A stretch of 64,000 bases of DNA from Eubacteriales bacterium (GCA_034101145.1 JAXEKG010000004.1:40987-104986), one strand, 5' to 3'; numbered from the stretch's first letter, positions 26,247 to 37,150 are shown. Made by a program: numbers and translations. Notes: generated by a model not told the origin, from the letters alone.

Positions 26247-27887
26247 TCATCCGTAAAACGTATGATACATTACATTAGGGCTTACAATGTTGGGATAATG
26301 AAGAAGCGCAGGGTATTTTACGTCCGTGCCTCCTAGATAATCGATAGATTCTTCTTCCAGCTCGGGAATAGAATCAACCCGACCGCAGATAAAGTTGTCG
26401 AGATCTTCCTTGCAGGATTTAAGTCTGAGAATAAGTCCGCCCAAACGCATCTCTTGTATATCAAATCCATGCGGTTTATTCTCCTCATACCAACGCTGTT
26501 TATGCGAAGCATAGAACGCTTCCACTCTTATACGTATTTCCTCGATTTGAGCAGAGAGCTCAGTCAGTTTTTCCATGTCCTTGTTTTTATATGCATGGCG
26601 GAGCTTATCGCCTATACCGCATTTTGCTTCCAAAACCTTACAGAGTTTACTCTGTGCCTCGAAAATATAACCGAAGGTTCCAGAAGCAAGCTCCTTATAC
26701 TTCTCCGAGAGTTCAGCATAAACAGAGCTCCACGAGCAGTCTGTGCGTGAGTCGGTAATACCGTCAAAAATATCGGAATACAGAATATACTTCGAAGGAT
26801 TCTGCCTCATTGCAACACTGTCGTCAGCTGAAAATTCTTCACAGGAAAGATACGGTACGTCGGCACGATCAAGGCTCAGCATATCGTCATAGTCAATTCC
26901 GACGGCATCCTTGAATTCCTTCTTAATTACATCTGCGTTTTCTTCACCGTCATAAATCTTCTTTGCATAAAAGAGTGCCGGCAGACAGGCGAACGAAGAA
27001 CACTCAGCACCGTCATCTCCCCATACGGTTATGAGAATATTGTCTACTCCGCATTTTCTGCATGCGCGCATGGCAGGTCCCAAAGCTGAAATTGCATACT
27101 TGTTGGCAGACGAAAAACTGTTCCACGTCCATGTGCCGCCCGCAAACCATACATCATCGGAAATCTTTTTATGCATGCCGAGATTTTGTTCGTATACCTG
27201 CTCTTGTCTGTTTGAATAGCTCCAATGCACCAGACCGACGTTTTTGTTTATTTTTTCTCTCACAGCTTCATAGTCGATATTTCCGTCGATTGTACGGTAT
27301 TTTGCATCGCTCAAAAGATGGAAGAACATATCCGACCAAATCATGGGTTTGAATCCGTATTTCTGCGCTATCCCGCAAACTCGGTCAAGATGTTTTGTGA
27401 GAAGTTCGAATCTGTCGCATTGGCCATGCTTGCGCATATATTTTCCAAACCCGACCAGAAAAGCCTCGTCCATTCCTATATGAACGTTTCTCGAAGTAAA
27501 CTCACGCGACAGCGTTTTGAAAATATTATCTATAAGCCTGTAAGTAGCTTCATCTTCTACAAGGAGAATATCAACTACATCGTTTATATCCCAATAAACT
27601 TTCCAGCGGAACAGCTGGTTGAGATGTGCCAGCGTCTGAATACATGGGATAAGCTCGACGCCCTTTTCGATGCAGTATGCGTCAATATCTTTTATTTCGT
27701 CCTCGGTATAACTTCCGCGCAGATGTCCGAAATACGGCTCACCCTCAACTTCAAAAGTGTCTTCAGTATACAGCATCAGCGTGTTGTATCCGAACTTTAC
27801 AAGATAATCGACGTATTCTTTTACCTTGCCCGGCTTCATAACGCCGTTTCTCGACATATCAATCATCGCGCCGAAATGTTTGTCCAT
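26247..27887 (-). CDS. glycoside hydrolase family 20-like (beta-N-acetylhexosaminidase family)
   Basis: MIDMSRNGVMK, GYNTLMLYTEDTF, GVELIPCIQTLAHL, HIGMDEA motifs. Start at the ATG at 27887, with an AAAGGAG RBS. Confidence 0.78.
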   Translation of the reverse strand: MDKHFGAMIDMSRNGVMKPGKVKEYVDYLVKFGYNTLMLYTEDTFEVEGEPYFGHLRGSYTEDEIKDIDAYCIEKGVELIPCIQTLAHLNQLFRWKVYWDINDVVDILLVEDEATYRLIDNIFKTLSREFTSRNVHIGMDEAFLVGFGKYMRKHGQCDRFELLTKHLDRVCGIAQKYGFKPMIWSDMFFHLLSDAKYRTIDGNIDYEAVREKINKNVGLVHWSYSNRQEQVYEQNLGMHKKISDDVWFAGGTWTWNSFSSANKYAISALGPAMRACRKCGVDNILITVWGDDGAECSSFACLPALFYAKKIYDGEENADVIKKEFKDAVGIDYDDMLSLDRADVPYLSCEEFSADDSVAMRQNPSKYILYSDIFDGITDSRTDCSWSSVYAELSEKYKELASGTFGYIFEAQSKLCKVLEAKCGIGDKLRHAYKNKDMEKLTELSAQIEEIRIRVEAFYASHKQRWYEENKPHGFDIQEMRLGGLILRLKSCKEDLDNFICGRVDSIPELEEESIDYLGGTDVKYPALLHYPNIVSPNVMYHTFYG

Positions 27888-28005
27888 AAGCAACTCCTTT
27901 TTGCATTTAACTGTATTACAGTATATCATTGCACAATATGTCAGTCAATCGAGTTCTCATAAAAGGCGATACGGAATTAATAATATCTACTTTCAGGAGA
28001 AATTC

Positions 28006-29067
28006 TCAGCGATTCATCTCCGAATTATTCTCTCCCTTATGTTGCATTATAACTCTGTCTGTATCACGCAGATTGCAGGACGGAAGGTCCCCCGGAATAG
28101 TGTTCTTTACAGAACTGTATGCATTTCCGTATTCAAGAGCGCGTCTGCAATCTCCGTCATAAGCCAAAAGACCGTAAAGCACGCCTGAAACGTATGCGTC
28201 CCCACTCCCTATCCGATCTACTACATCTATATTTCGATATGGTTCTTCCTCATAAAACTCATTGTTTTTTGCGCTGTATATCACGGACGTAAAGGTATGG
28301 TTCTTCGGGCTGTGTACCGTTCTTTGCGTCGAAGCCACGACGGATATGGGGTATTCTGATGTAAACTCTTTCATGATATCCCTGAGAGTTCCGCTTTTAC
28401 CGAAAGTCAGACGTGCGGTGGTTTCCGAGCAGAAGAAAACGTCAACGTAAGGAAGTATCTCCTCTACGCATTTTTTCGCCTGCTTTTCGTCCCAGAGGTT
28501 GGCTCTGAAATTTACGTCAAATGAAATAAGTGCGCCGCCCTGCTTGAATTTACGTATCATTTCGACCGCAGTGTTTCGTATACCGTCGTCAAGGGCAAGC
28601 GTTATTCCCGACGTATGAAAACACCTTGTTTCACCGTATATCTTATCGGGTACATCCTCAATTGACATACTGTACATTGCCGATTTTTTTCTGTCGTATA
28701 TTACAGTAGGTTTTCTCGGTGACGCTCCGTCTTCATAGAAATAAATTCCCAGCCGCGCGTCCTTTGTCTTATCGTAAACAAGATAATCATCGCTGACTCC
28801 GCAAAAACGGATATAATTTTTTACAAAATATCCTATATCGTTATCGGGTATTTTCGAAATTATTCCCGTACGCAGACCGAGCATGGCGATTCCGCAGGCG
28901 ACGTTAAGCTCCGCGCCGCCCGTCTGTTTTCGCAGCAAATCTCCTCTTACCAGGCGCTCACTTGTCGGAGGCGAAAGCCTTAGCAATATCTCGCCGAGCG
29001 AAAGCATATCGAAACTCTTTTTCTCTTTGAAGCTGTTATCCGATTCCGGATTTTTAACGTTGTTCAT
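28006..29067 (-). CDS. PfkB-family sugar kinase (2-dehydro-3-deoxygluconokinase-like)
   Basis: LSLGEILLRLSPP, GGAELNVACGIAMLG, C-terminal GSGDAYVSG motif. Confidence 0.8.
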   Translation of the reverse strand: MNNVKNPESDNSFKEKKSFDMLSLGEILLRLSPPTSERLVRGDLLRKQTGGAELNVACGIAMLGLRTGIISKIPDNDIGYFVKNYIRFCGVSDDYLVYDKTKDARLGIYFYEDGASPRKPTVIYDRKKSAMYSMSIEDVPDKIYGETRCFHTSGITLALDDGIRNTAVEMIRKFKQGGALISFDVNFRANLWDEKQAKKCVEEILPYVDVFFCSETTARLTFGKSGTLRDIMKEFTSEYPISVVASTQRTVHSPKNHTFTSVIYSAKNNEFYEEEPYRNIDVVDRIGSGDAYVSGVLYGLLAYDGDCRRALEYGNAYSSVKNTIPGDLPSCNLRDTDRVIMQHKGENNSEMNR

Positions 29068-29109
29068 ATAACCACCTCGTTGATATTACAGTATTTAACA
29101 GTTAATTTT

Positions 29110-30342
29110 TCACTTTGATTTTTTTATCTTTTCGTTACGTATATCAAGACCGAACTCGTTATTTATAATCGCGCCGCTGGTTATGCTCCCCCTGCCGAAC
29201 TTTTTCCTTATTCCGTCGAGTGTTGTTTCGAGTTTTCTCGTTTTTTCTCTCTTTTTTCCGCTGTCATCGAAAAAATCGAGCTGCTCGGCAACTTCATCGG
29301 ATCGGACAAGTCCGGTAGCGGTAACCGTAAGCATTCTTATTGCTTTTCCCTGAGTCCACATTTTCTTGTACAGAGAATACGCCTCAGAGGCTATTTCCCT
29401 CGCCGTATCCGTAGGGTTATGGACCGTAGTCTGCTTTGAAAACACAGACAGAAATGAATCCTTGATTGCAAGAGAAACCACCGTGGCCTTCAAATTATAT
29501 TTTCTAAGCCTCATTGCCACCTCTTCCGTCAAAGACTCAATGCCCACCCTTACATCCGTGTCGGAGGTTATATCATAGCGGAAAGTCATGCCGTTACTAA
29601 CGCTCTTTGAGTCCTCCCATTTATCAGGGGGTATCACTTCCGAGGTATCCTGTCCGGTAGCGTATATATATATGATTTCACCATGTTTTCCGAGCTTCTT
29701 TTTTAGAAAATCGGCAGACGAATTTGCTATATCGCCTATAGTCCTTATGTTACAGTCGGAAAGTGTTTTTGAACATGCTTTACCTATAAAAAACAGGTCT
29801 GAAGCAGGCAGGGGGTATAGTATATCCCTGAAATTTTCACGTGAAATAACGGTGACGGCATCCGGCTTTTTATAGTCGCTGCCCATCTTCGCAAAAATTT
29901 TATTGAAGGAAACTCCAATCGAAATGGTTATTCCCAGTTCACGCTTTACCGTTTCTCTTATTTCTTCAGCGATTTTCAGCCCGTCTCCGAAAAGCCTCGT
30001 GCTTCCCGTCACATCCAGCCATGATTCATCAATGCTGAAAGGCTCTACAAGGTCGGTATATCTACCGTATATCTCATTTGCCGCCGAAGAAAACTTCACG
30101 TATTCATCGTAGTGCGGCATCACAATGACGAGATTGGGACACTTTTTCTTTGCAGACCATACCGTTTCCGCCGTTTGTATGCCGTACTTCTTTGCTATTT
30201 CATTTTTTGCGAGAACTATTCCGTGGCGATCTCCCGGGTCCCCGCATACCGCCATAGGAACGTCCTTGTATTCCGGATGCGATACACATTCGACGGAGGC
30301 AAAAAAGCTGTTGCAGTCACAATGAAGAATTATTCTGTCCAC
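29110..30342 (-). CDS. dinB: DNA polymerase IV (Y-family)
   Basis: ILHCDCNSFFASVE, SIDESWLDVT, SIGVSFNKIFAKMGSDYKKPD motifs. Confidence 0.9.
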   Translation of the reverse strand: MDRIILHCDCNSFFASVECVSHPEYKDVPMAVCGDPGDRHGIVLAKNEIAKKYGIQTAETVWSAKKKCPNLVIVMPHYDEYVKFSSAANEIYGRYTDLVEPFSIDESWLDVTGSTRLFGDGLKIAEEIRETVKRELGITISIGVSFNKIFAKMGSDYKKPDAVTVISRENFRDILYPLPASDLFFIGKACSKTLSDCNIRTIGDIANSSADFLKKKLGKHGEIIYIYATGQDTSEVIPPDKWEDSKSVSNGMTFRYDITSDTDVRVGIESLTEEVAMRLRKYNLKATVVSLAIKDSFLSVFSKQTTVHNPTDTAREIASEAYSLYKKMWTQGKAIRMLTVTATGLVRSDEVAEQLDFFDDSGKKREKTRKLETTLDGIRKKFGRGSITSGAIINNEFGLDIRNEKIKKSK

Positions 30343-30397
30343 AGTATACCTCCCTATAAATTACGCCGTTATTGTGCGCAGAAATTTTTTCATAACA

Positions 30398-31873
30398 TTA
30401 TACGAGTTGCAGAGTATTTTGATGAGGCGTTATAACCGCTTCCTTCAGCGTGAAGGTGAAGTTACATCCTCCGTCTTTACATTCAAGAGTTATTTTCTCT
30501 CCATGAGCTTCGATTATCGTACGTACGATATAAAGTCCAAGGCCGACTCCGTTATTATCAAGTCCACGACTTTTATCGGTCTTATAGAACCTGTCGAACA
30601 CAAAAGGAATATCCTCCTCGGGTATGGTCTTGCCCTCATCAAAAACCTGTATCATAACCTTGTGATTGTCGGTTTCCTTGATTTTTATTCGGAATTTTCC
30701 CTCTTCTTTTGCAAATTTAACAGCGTTTTCAATGAGATTGTACATAACCTGATGAATGGAGTCCTTATCAGCGTGAACCATTATTCTGTCCGATGAAACG
30801 TCAAAATCCACGTCGAGCCTCTTCTCATCTATTCTCCGCTCAAACGAGATGATAATGAGTCTGGACATTTCACATATATCGAAGTTAATCATATCGTATT
30901 TTTTATCCCCGGATTCGAGTCTTGATACGTCGAGCAGCCGTGAAACGAGCCTTGACAGTCTATGGACCTCATCCGAAATGATACGCAGGTAATAATCCTG
31001 TTTCTCTTTCGGAATTGCACCGCTCGTTATTCCGTCTATAAAGCCCGATATGGTTGTCATCGGAGTGCGCAAATCATGCGATACGTTGGCAAGGAATGAG
31101 TTACGCATCTTTTCTGACTTTCCTATTGAGTCCGCCATGTTGTTAAACGCGGCGGCAAGCTCGGCTATCTCGTCGTTTCCCCTCACCTCAACTCGTGTGT
31201 CAAAATCTCCCGCGGCGAAACTCTTTGCCGCGGATACCATGGAACGAAGAGGAACTACCGTCCTGTCGCAAATAAAATAGAACGCTATTATAGAGGCCAG
31301 CATTATCCAGAGACTTGACATAAACACCGTCTTTCCCATTACGTCGACGAGCATCTCGTGATCCGAATGAGGCACACATGCGATAACGGAGCCGACGTTC
31401 TCCCCCTCTCTTCCCTTTATAATTTTACCGCCCACCGTATAATCGTTATTTAAGACCCCTCCTAAATCAGTCATAGGGTCGGAAAACTCACCGTTATCCG
31501 ATATAATAACCCTGACATATTCGGGTATAACCATAACACCCGTTGAATTTCTGCCGGATGAATAAATCACGGCACCTGCGGCATTAGAAACAAGGAAAAC
31601 CATTCCGTCAAAACGTTCGGAGTATGCTTGCATCATCGCTTCCGTATCACCCGTATTGTCCGAAAAAAAGGAGGATAGATTGTATCCGTATTTTTCGGAT
31701 TCTATGGATATTATTTCAGCGGCGGATGAGGCAACCCACTCCACGCTGTCTTTTTTCTCATCAAGTACATAACTTTTTATCATTGTCGTTATCATTGTCG
31801 AGAGCACCATGAAACTGATAAGAATCACCACGGCAAATGCCGTTATATACTTCACAAAAATACTTTTGAACAT
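30398..31873 (-). CDS. sensor histidine kinase (TM-sensor-TM-HAMP-HisKA-HATPase)
   Basis: H-box FLANVSHDLRTPMTTI, N-box YNLIENAVKF, G-box GVGLGLYIV. Confidence 0.85.
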   Translation of the reverse strand: MFKSIFVKYITAFAVVILISFMVLSTMITTMIKSYVLDEKKDSVEWVASSAAEIISIESEKYGYNLSSFFSDNTGDTEAMMQAYSERFDGMVFLVSNAAGAVIYSSGRNSTGVMVIPEYVRVIISDNGEFSDPMTDLGGVLNNDYTVGGKIIKGREGENVGSVIACVPHSDHEMLVDVMGKTVFMSSLWIMLASIIAFYFICDRTVVPLRSMVSAAKSFAAGDFDTRVEVRGNDEIAELAAAFNNMADSIGKSEKMRNSFLANVSHDLRTPMTTISGFIDGITSGAIPKEKQDYYLRIISDEVHRLSRLVSRLLDVSRLESGDKKYDMINFDICEMSRLIIISFERRIDEKRLDVDFDVSSDRIMVHADKDSIHQVMYNLIENAVKFAKEEGKFRIKIKETDNHKVMIQVFDEGKTIPEEDIPFVFDRFYKTDKSRGLDNNGVGLGLYIVRTIIEAHGEKITLECKDGGCNFTFTLKEAVITPHQNTLQLV

Positions 31874-31986
31874 AATATTTTCCTTTTACCATCACTTCAT
31901 TCGATACGGTATAATTATACAATATTTTCGTCAGTAAGTCAAACGCAAAACGTAAAATATTATAATAACAATTATCAATTAAAATA

Positions 31987-32015
31987 TTGACGAAAAAATT
32001 TTTCTATGATAGAAT
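31987..32015 (+). promoter_or_regulatory. candidate gltX promoter
   Basis: TTGACG, a 17-nt spacer, then TGaTAGAAT (extended -10). Confidence 0.5.
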
Positions 32016-32110
32016 ATTAAACGTATGTAATAATCAGGCTGTATGTGTTCTCATGCCATATGCGTTTTATCATTCGGCAAATATTGTACATACAGGTTAA
32101 AGGAGAAAAA

Positions 32111-33553
32111 ATGACGGTTACACGATTTGCGCCAAGTCCTACAGGATATATGCACATAGGAAACCTCAGAACGGCGCTTTATTCTTATCTTATAGCAAAG
32201 CATGATAACGGCAGGTTTATTCTGAGAATAGAGGATACGGACAGAGAACGTCTTGTCGAGGGAGCAACCGACGTTATCATCAAAACCCTTGCCATGACAG
32301 GCATAGATTACGACGAAGGTCCCGACGTTGGAGGAGAACACGGTCCGTATATTCAGAGCGAGCGCAAACCAATATATATGGAATATGCAAAAAAACTTAT
32401 CGAAAGCGGAGATGCATACTATTGTTTCTGTACAAAGGAACGCCTTGACAAGCTCCATGAGAGCGATGCCACAGGCGGTTACGATCGCCATTGCCGTAAT
32501 CTGTCGAAGGAAGAGGTGGAAAAGAATCTTGCCGCCGACATTCCTTTTGTTATAAGACAAAAAATGCCGCTTGAAGGTCGCACATCATATGTTGATTCCG
32601 TATTCGGGGAAATAAGCACAGACAACTCCGAGCTTCAGGACCAGATACTCATAAAAGCGGACGGATATCCGACCTACAACTTTGCACACGTAATCGACGA
32701 CCACCTCATGGGTGTTACGCACGTTGTCAGAGGGAGCGAATATCTGACTTCCACGCCGAAATACGTACTTCTCTACGATGCTTTCGGTTGGGAAAGACCG
32801 ACGTACGTACATCTGCCCCTTCTTATGGGCAAAAACGACGACGGCACGGTGTCCAAGCTTTCAAAGAGACACGGCGCCGTCAGCTTCCAGGATCTCGTGG
32901 CAGACGGATATCTTCCCGAAGCTATCGTAAACTACATTGCACTTCTCGGCTGGTGCCCTAAAAATACTGATAAAGAATTTTTTACGCTCAACGAGCTTAA
33001 AGAAGTATTCTCAATTGAAGGCGTAAATAAATCACCGTCGGTATTTGACTTTGCAAAGCTTCTGTACTTCAATGCGGAGTATATAAGAAAATTGCCTTTT
33101 GAAGAATTCAAAGAGAGAGTTATGCCGTTTATAACGACAAAGTTTTCAGATAATATCGATATCGACAAGATGCTCTCGCTCATACAAGGAAGAATCGAAA
33201 AGCTGAACGAAGCGGACGCAAAACTCTCAATCTTCTCATCTCTTCCGGACTACGATACGGAGATGTTTGCAAACAAAAAGAACAAGGTAACGAAAGAATC
33301 AGCGCGTGAGCTTATGCCTTTGATATCCGACACTCTCGCCGCGGTCACGGAATGGAATAACGACAATCTCTATACCGCGCTTACCTCTCTATCCGAAAAA
33401 CTCGCCGTGAAATCCGGCGCAATCCTCTGGTGCGTCAGAATAGCGGTATCGGGCATGCCCGTAACCCCCGGAGGCGCTACCGAGATTATGGAAGTTCTCG
33501 GCAAGGAAGAGAGTCTTTTGCGAATAGCAAAAGCAACGGAAAAACTCGCATAA
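32111..33553 (+). CDS. gltX: glutamate--tRNA ligase
   Basis: RFAPSPTGYMHIGNLRTALY (HIGH motif) directly follows the ATG at 32111, which has an AAAGGAG RBS. KLSKRHG is the KMSKS motif. Confidence 0.93.
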   Translation: MTVTRFAPSPTGYMHIGNLRTALYSYLIAKHDNGRFILRIEDTDRERLVEGATDVIIKTLAMTGIDYDEGPDVGGEHGPYIQSERKPIYMEYAKKLIESGDAYYCFCTKERLDKLHESDATGGYDRHCRNLSKEEVEKNLAADIPFVIRQKMPLEGRTSYVDSVFGEISTDNSELQDQILIKADGYPTYNFAHVIDDHLMGVTHVVRGSEYLTSTPKYVLLYDAFGWERPTYVHLPLLMGKNDDGTVSKLSKRHGAVSFQDLVADGYLPEAIVNYIALLGWCPKNTDKEFFTLNELKEVFSIEGVNKSPSVFDFAKLLYFNAEYIRKLPFEEFKERVMPFITTKFSDNIDIDKMLSLIQGRIEKLNEADAKLSIFSSLPDYDTEMFANKKNKVTKESARELMPLISDTLAAVTEWNNDNLYTALTSLSEKLAVKSGAILWCVRIAVSGMPVTPGGATEIMEVLGKEESLLRIAKATEKLA

Positions 33554-33637
33554 CATCAACACATTGTTTATATAATTCTACAATCCACCCGTATGCAGGC
33601 AGAATAATACGTTCATTATCAAATATCGGAGCATGAC

Positions 33638-34495
33638 ATGAAAAATGACATTTCCTTAATTATCAAAAACGCTATTCCGACAATGTCGAAAAGTCAGAAA
33701 AAAATCGCCGACCTGATACTGAAAAACTACGATAAGGTGGCGTATATGACGGCAACCAAGCTCGCTGCCATGGCAGAAATATCAGAATCCACCGTAGTTC
33801 GTTTTGCCATAGAGCTTGGATACAACGGATATCCGGAGTTTCAACGTGCTCTACAGGAGCTTGTAAGGACGAACCTCACTCCCAATCAGCGTATAGCACT
33901 GACAAACCTCCGTATAGGCGATTCAAACGTTCTGGACAAGCTCATGACGTCGGATATTGAAAAGATAAAACATACTCTTGAAAATATAGACAAGGATTCG
34001 TTTGACAGAGCCGTAGACGCAATAACGGAAGCGCGGATGATATACATCATAGGCGCACGTTCCTCTTTTGCGATTGCACAGTTTCTTGCGCATAACCTGA
34101 TGCTCATATTCGATAACGTCAAATTCATTCAGGAATCAAGCGAAAGCGAAATTTTCGAACAGGCTATTTCAATCGGAGAAAAAGACGTTCTCTTCGCCGT
34201 CAGTTTTCCGAGATATTCGACGCGTGTTATTCATGCGGTTAATTTTGCCCATGCGAGAAAAGCACGAGTGGTATCTCTTACTGACAGTACCGCCTCTCCC
34301 ATAGCGGAAGGTGCAGATTTCCTTTTGACCGCGCAGAGCGATATGGCGGCTTACGTTGATTCTCTCGTGGCACCGCTCAGCCTGGTAAACGCCCTCATTG
34401 TTTCCATAACCAGAAAAAAACAGGACGAGATCAAGGAGAGGTTTGACAGTCTCGAGAGCATATGGGACGATTATAACGTATATGCAAAGAAATAA
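33638..34495 (+). CDS. MurR/RpiR-family transcriptional regulator (HTH_6 + SIS)
   Basis: N-terminal RpiR-type HTH (LSKSQKKIADLILKNYDKVAYMTATKLA). SIS domain (IYIIGARSSFAIAQFL). Confidence 0.85.
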   Translation: MKNDISLIIKNAIPTMSKSQKKIADLILKNYDKVAYMTATKLAAMAEISESTVVRFAIELGYNGYPEFQRALQELVRTNLTPNQRIALTNLRIGDSNVLDKLMTSDIEKIKHTLENIDKDSFDRAVDAITEARMIYIIGARSSFAIAQFLAHNLMLIFDNVKFIQESSESEIFEQAISIGEKDVLFAVSFPRYSTRVIHAVNFAHARKARVVSLTDSTASPIAEGADFLLTAQSDMAAYVDSLVAPLSLVNALIVSITRKKQDEIKERFDSLESIWDDYNVYAKK

Positions 34496-35735
34496 TAAAA
34501 TCAAAGTTGCCGTTATAGGCGGAGGAGCCGCGGGAATGATGGCGGCAGGTACCGCGCTCAAAAACGGTGCAGAAGTTACCGTTTTTGAACATTCCGGCAG
34601 ACTCGGAAAAAAACTTGCCATAACGGGAAAAGGCAGATGCAATGTAACGAATAACTGTACAACAGACGAGTTCATTCAGAACGTTATGAGCAACCCACGC
34701 TTTATGTACGCCCCAATATCGGAATTCTCAACGCAGGATACAATGAGTTTTTTTGAGGGTCTGGGCGTTCCTCTGAAAACAGAAAGAGGCCGCAGGGTTT
34801 TCCCCGAATCTGACAAGGCATCGGACATCGTTTCTGCAATGAAACGGCAAATTTACGGTGCAAAAATCGTTTTTGAAAATGTAAAGAGCATAAAAACCGA
34901 AAATTCAAAGGCGGTGGGCGTGATAACCGAAAACGGGGAGTATTCCTTTGACAGGATAATAATTGCTACGGGTGGAAAGTCATATCCCCTCACAGGCTCC
35001 GACGGCTCGGGATACAAACTTGCAGCCGCGCTCGGACACAGAATAACCGCAATAAAGCCTTCCCTCGTACCTATTGAAGCAAACGGTGACATATGCAGTA
35101 GGATGCAGGGGTTATCGCTCAAAAACACAAAGGTTACCGTTGTCGACGAAAACGGAAACAAAATATACGAGGACTTCGGGGAATTGCTTTTCACGCATTT
35201 CGGAATAAGCGGTCCTACTGTTCTCAGTGCTACGGCACACTTAGGCAAATACGACGTTGGCACGCTTTCATTCATCCTCGACCTGAAACCCGCGCTTGAT
35301 GAAAAAACACTTGATGCAAGGATTCTGTCCGATTTCTCAAAGGCAAAAAATCGGGACTTCGGAAATGCGCTGTCAGGGCTGCTGCCTTCGAAGATGGCAG
35401 CACTCATTCCCCAAATCGTTCAAATCCCGTCGGATAAAAAAGTCAACGAGATAACAAAGGATGAACGCAAACGTCTTGTTTCGGTTTTGAAATCATTCAA
35501 AATAACACTCAAACGCCTGCGTCCGATTGATGAAGCAATAGTTACCCGCGGCGGTGTAGATACAAAGGAGATATCCCCGAAAACGATGCAGTCGAAGCTC
35601 GTTTCATCGCTCTACTTTGCGGGAGAAGTCATAGATGTCGACGCTTATACAGGCGGATATAATTTGCAAATAGCGTTTTCAACCGGTTACGTTGCCGGTC
35701 TTAACGCATCAAAGGAGGATAACGCATCATGTTGA
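34482..35735 (+). CDS. HI0933/BaiN-like NAD(P)/FAD-dependent oxidoreductase
   Basis: KVAVIGGGAAGMMAAG, ITGKGRCNVTN, ATGGKSYP, and a C-terminal GGYNLQ motif. Overlaps the rpiR-like stop. Confidence 0.8.
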   Translation: MQRNNKIKVAVIGGGAAGMMAAGTALKNGAEVTVFEHSGRLGKKLAITGKGRCNVTNNCTTDEFIQNVMSNPRFMYAPISEFSTQDTMSFFEGLGVPLKTERGRRVFPESDKASDIVSAMKRQIYGAKIVFENVKSIKTENSKAVGVITENGEYSFDRIIIATGGKSYPLTGSDGSGYKLAAALGHRITAIKPSLVPIEANGDICSRMQGLSLKNTKVTVVDENGNKIYEDFGELLFTHFGISGPTVLSATAHLGKYDVGTLSFILDLKPALDEKTLDARILSDFSKAKNRDFGNALSGLLPSKMAALIPQIVQIPSDKKVNEITKDERKRLVSVLKSFKITLKRLRPIDEAIVTRGGVDTKEISPKTMQSKLVSSLYFAGEVIDVDAYTGGYNLQIAFSTGYVAGLNASKEDNASC

Positions 35736-37150
35736 AAATAGCTGTTGACGGACCGAGCGGAGCCGGCAAAAGTTCGCTCTCACGAGCAGTGGCGCATAGA
35801 CTCAACATTATCTACGCAGATACCGGAGCTATGTACCGTTCTGTTGGGTTGTACGTTAAAAATCAAGGGGTTGACCCGTCCGATACCGATAAGGTATGCG
35901 CACTTCTGCCCGAAATAAATATAGATATACGCTTTGAGGACGGCGAGCAACATATATATCTATGTGGCGAAGACGTAAAAGATAGCATACGCACCCCCGA
36001 AATATCAATGTATGCCTCAAAGGTTTCGGCAATACCGCAGGTTCGTGAATATCTTCTCGACGCTCAACGTAATCTTGCCGCAAATAACGGGATTATTATG
36101 GACGGACGTGATATAGGTACTGTAATTTTTCCTGATGCAGACGTTAAGATTTTTCTTACCGCAACACCGCAGGCACGTGCGAAACGCAGACTCGCCGAGC
36201 TTGAGGCCAAAGGAATAAATACTTCTCTCCCGGAAGTTCTTCTCGATATGAAAAAACGTGACGAGAACGATAAAAACAGGGAAATCGCCCCTGCAATACC
36301 CGCACAAGACGCAGTGCTTTTCGATAATTCGGATTTAACCTTCGACGAAAGCGTTGAGAAGTGTATTGAAATCATAAATTCCATCCTCTCCTCAAAAGGA
36401 AAAAGCGTAAAAAATGAATGCGCAAAGGAAATTCACATGAGTAAAAAAACCTCCGGAAAAACCGAAAAAAGCATGAATAACGCCGATAATATTTCTACTG
36501 CAAAAAAACATAAAACAAGCAAATTCTACAGAGTAATGCATTTCTTTCTTGCAAAAATACTTCACTTTACCATGAGAGTTCATACCCACGGGGCCGAAAA
36601 CATTCCGAAAGAGGGCGGCGCCGTCATATGTTCAAACCATATATCTCTCTGGGACGTTGTAACGATAGGGTCCTCGATAAAACGCCCCGTAAGATTTATG
36701 GCAAAATCAGAATTGCGTAAAATACCCGTACTCGCGCAGTTGTTCAAGGCTATGGGAGCGTGCTTCGTAGACAGGAAAAACGCCGACGTTCACGCGCTTA
36801 AATGCTGCATTGAAATGGCAAAGAACGAGGAGCTCGTAGGAATATTCCCACAGGGTACCAGACGCACGGGCCTCAATCCGGCAGATACGCCGGTAAGACA
36901 CGGTGCCGCGCTCATTGCATACCGTGCGAACGTACCGATAATCCCCGTATGTATCGTTACAAAGAATATGAAGTATAAATTTATGCGCCGTAAGGACATA
37001 TACTTCGGAAAACCGCTTACTCTTGAGGAACTCGGTCTTGTTAACGGCGGCAACGAAGAGTATACGAGAGCTATGGAAATAGCCTTCGATAAAATGTGCA
37101 AGCTCGGCGGATTCGAAAAAAGTGAAAACAAGGTCGGTGACGCCAAGTGA
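35729..37150 (+). CDS. cmk: cytidylate kinase fused in one ORF to a 1-acyl-sn-glycerol-3-phosphate acyltransferase domain
   Basis: The N-terminal ~225 aa are Cmk (IAVDGPSGAGKSS, DTGAMYR, GRDIGTVIFPDA). A Lys/Ser-rich linker follows. The LPLAT domain carries NHISLWD (HX4D) and FPQGTR motifs. No stop codon between the domains. Confidence 0.8.
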   Translation: MLKIAVDGPSGAGKSSLSRAVAHRLNIIYADTGAMYRSVGLYVKNQGVDPSDTDKVCALLPEINIDIRFEDGEQHIYLCGEDVKDSIRTPEISMYASKVSAIPQVREYLLDAQRNLAANNGIIMDGRDIGTVIFPDADVKIFLTATPQARAKRRLAELEAKGINTSLPEVLLDMKKRDENDKNREIAPAIPAQDAVLFDNSDLTFDESVEKCIEIINSILSSKGKSVKNECAKEIHMSKKTSGKTEKSMNNADNISTAKKHKTSKFYRVMHFFLAKILHFTMRVHTHGAENIPKEGGAVICSNHISLWDVVTIGSSIKRPVRFMAKSELRKIPVLAQLFKAMGACFVDRKNADVHALKCCIEMAKNEELVGIFPQGTRRTGLNPADTPVRHGAALIAYRANVPIIPVCIVTKNMKYKFMRRKDIYFGKPLTLEELGLVNGGNEEYTRAMEIAFDKMCKLGGFEKSENKVGDAK

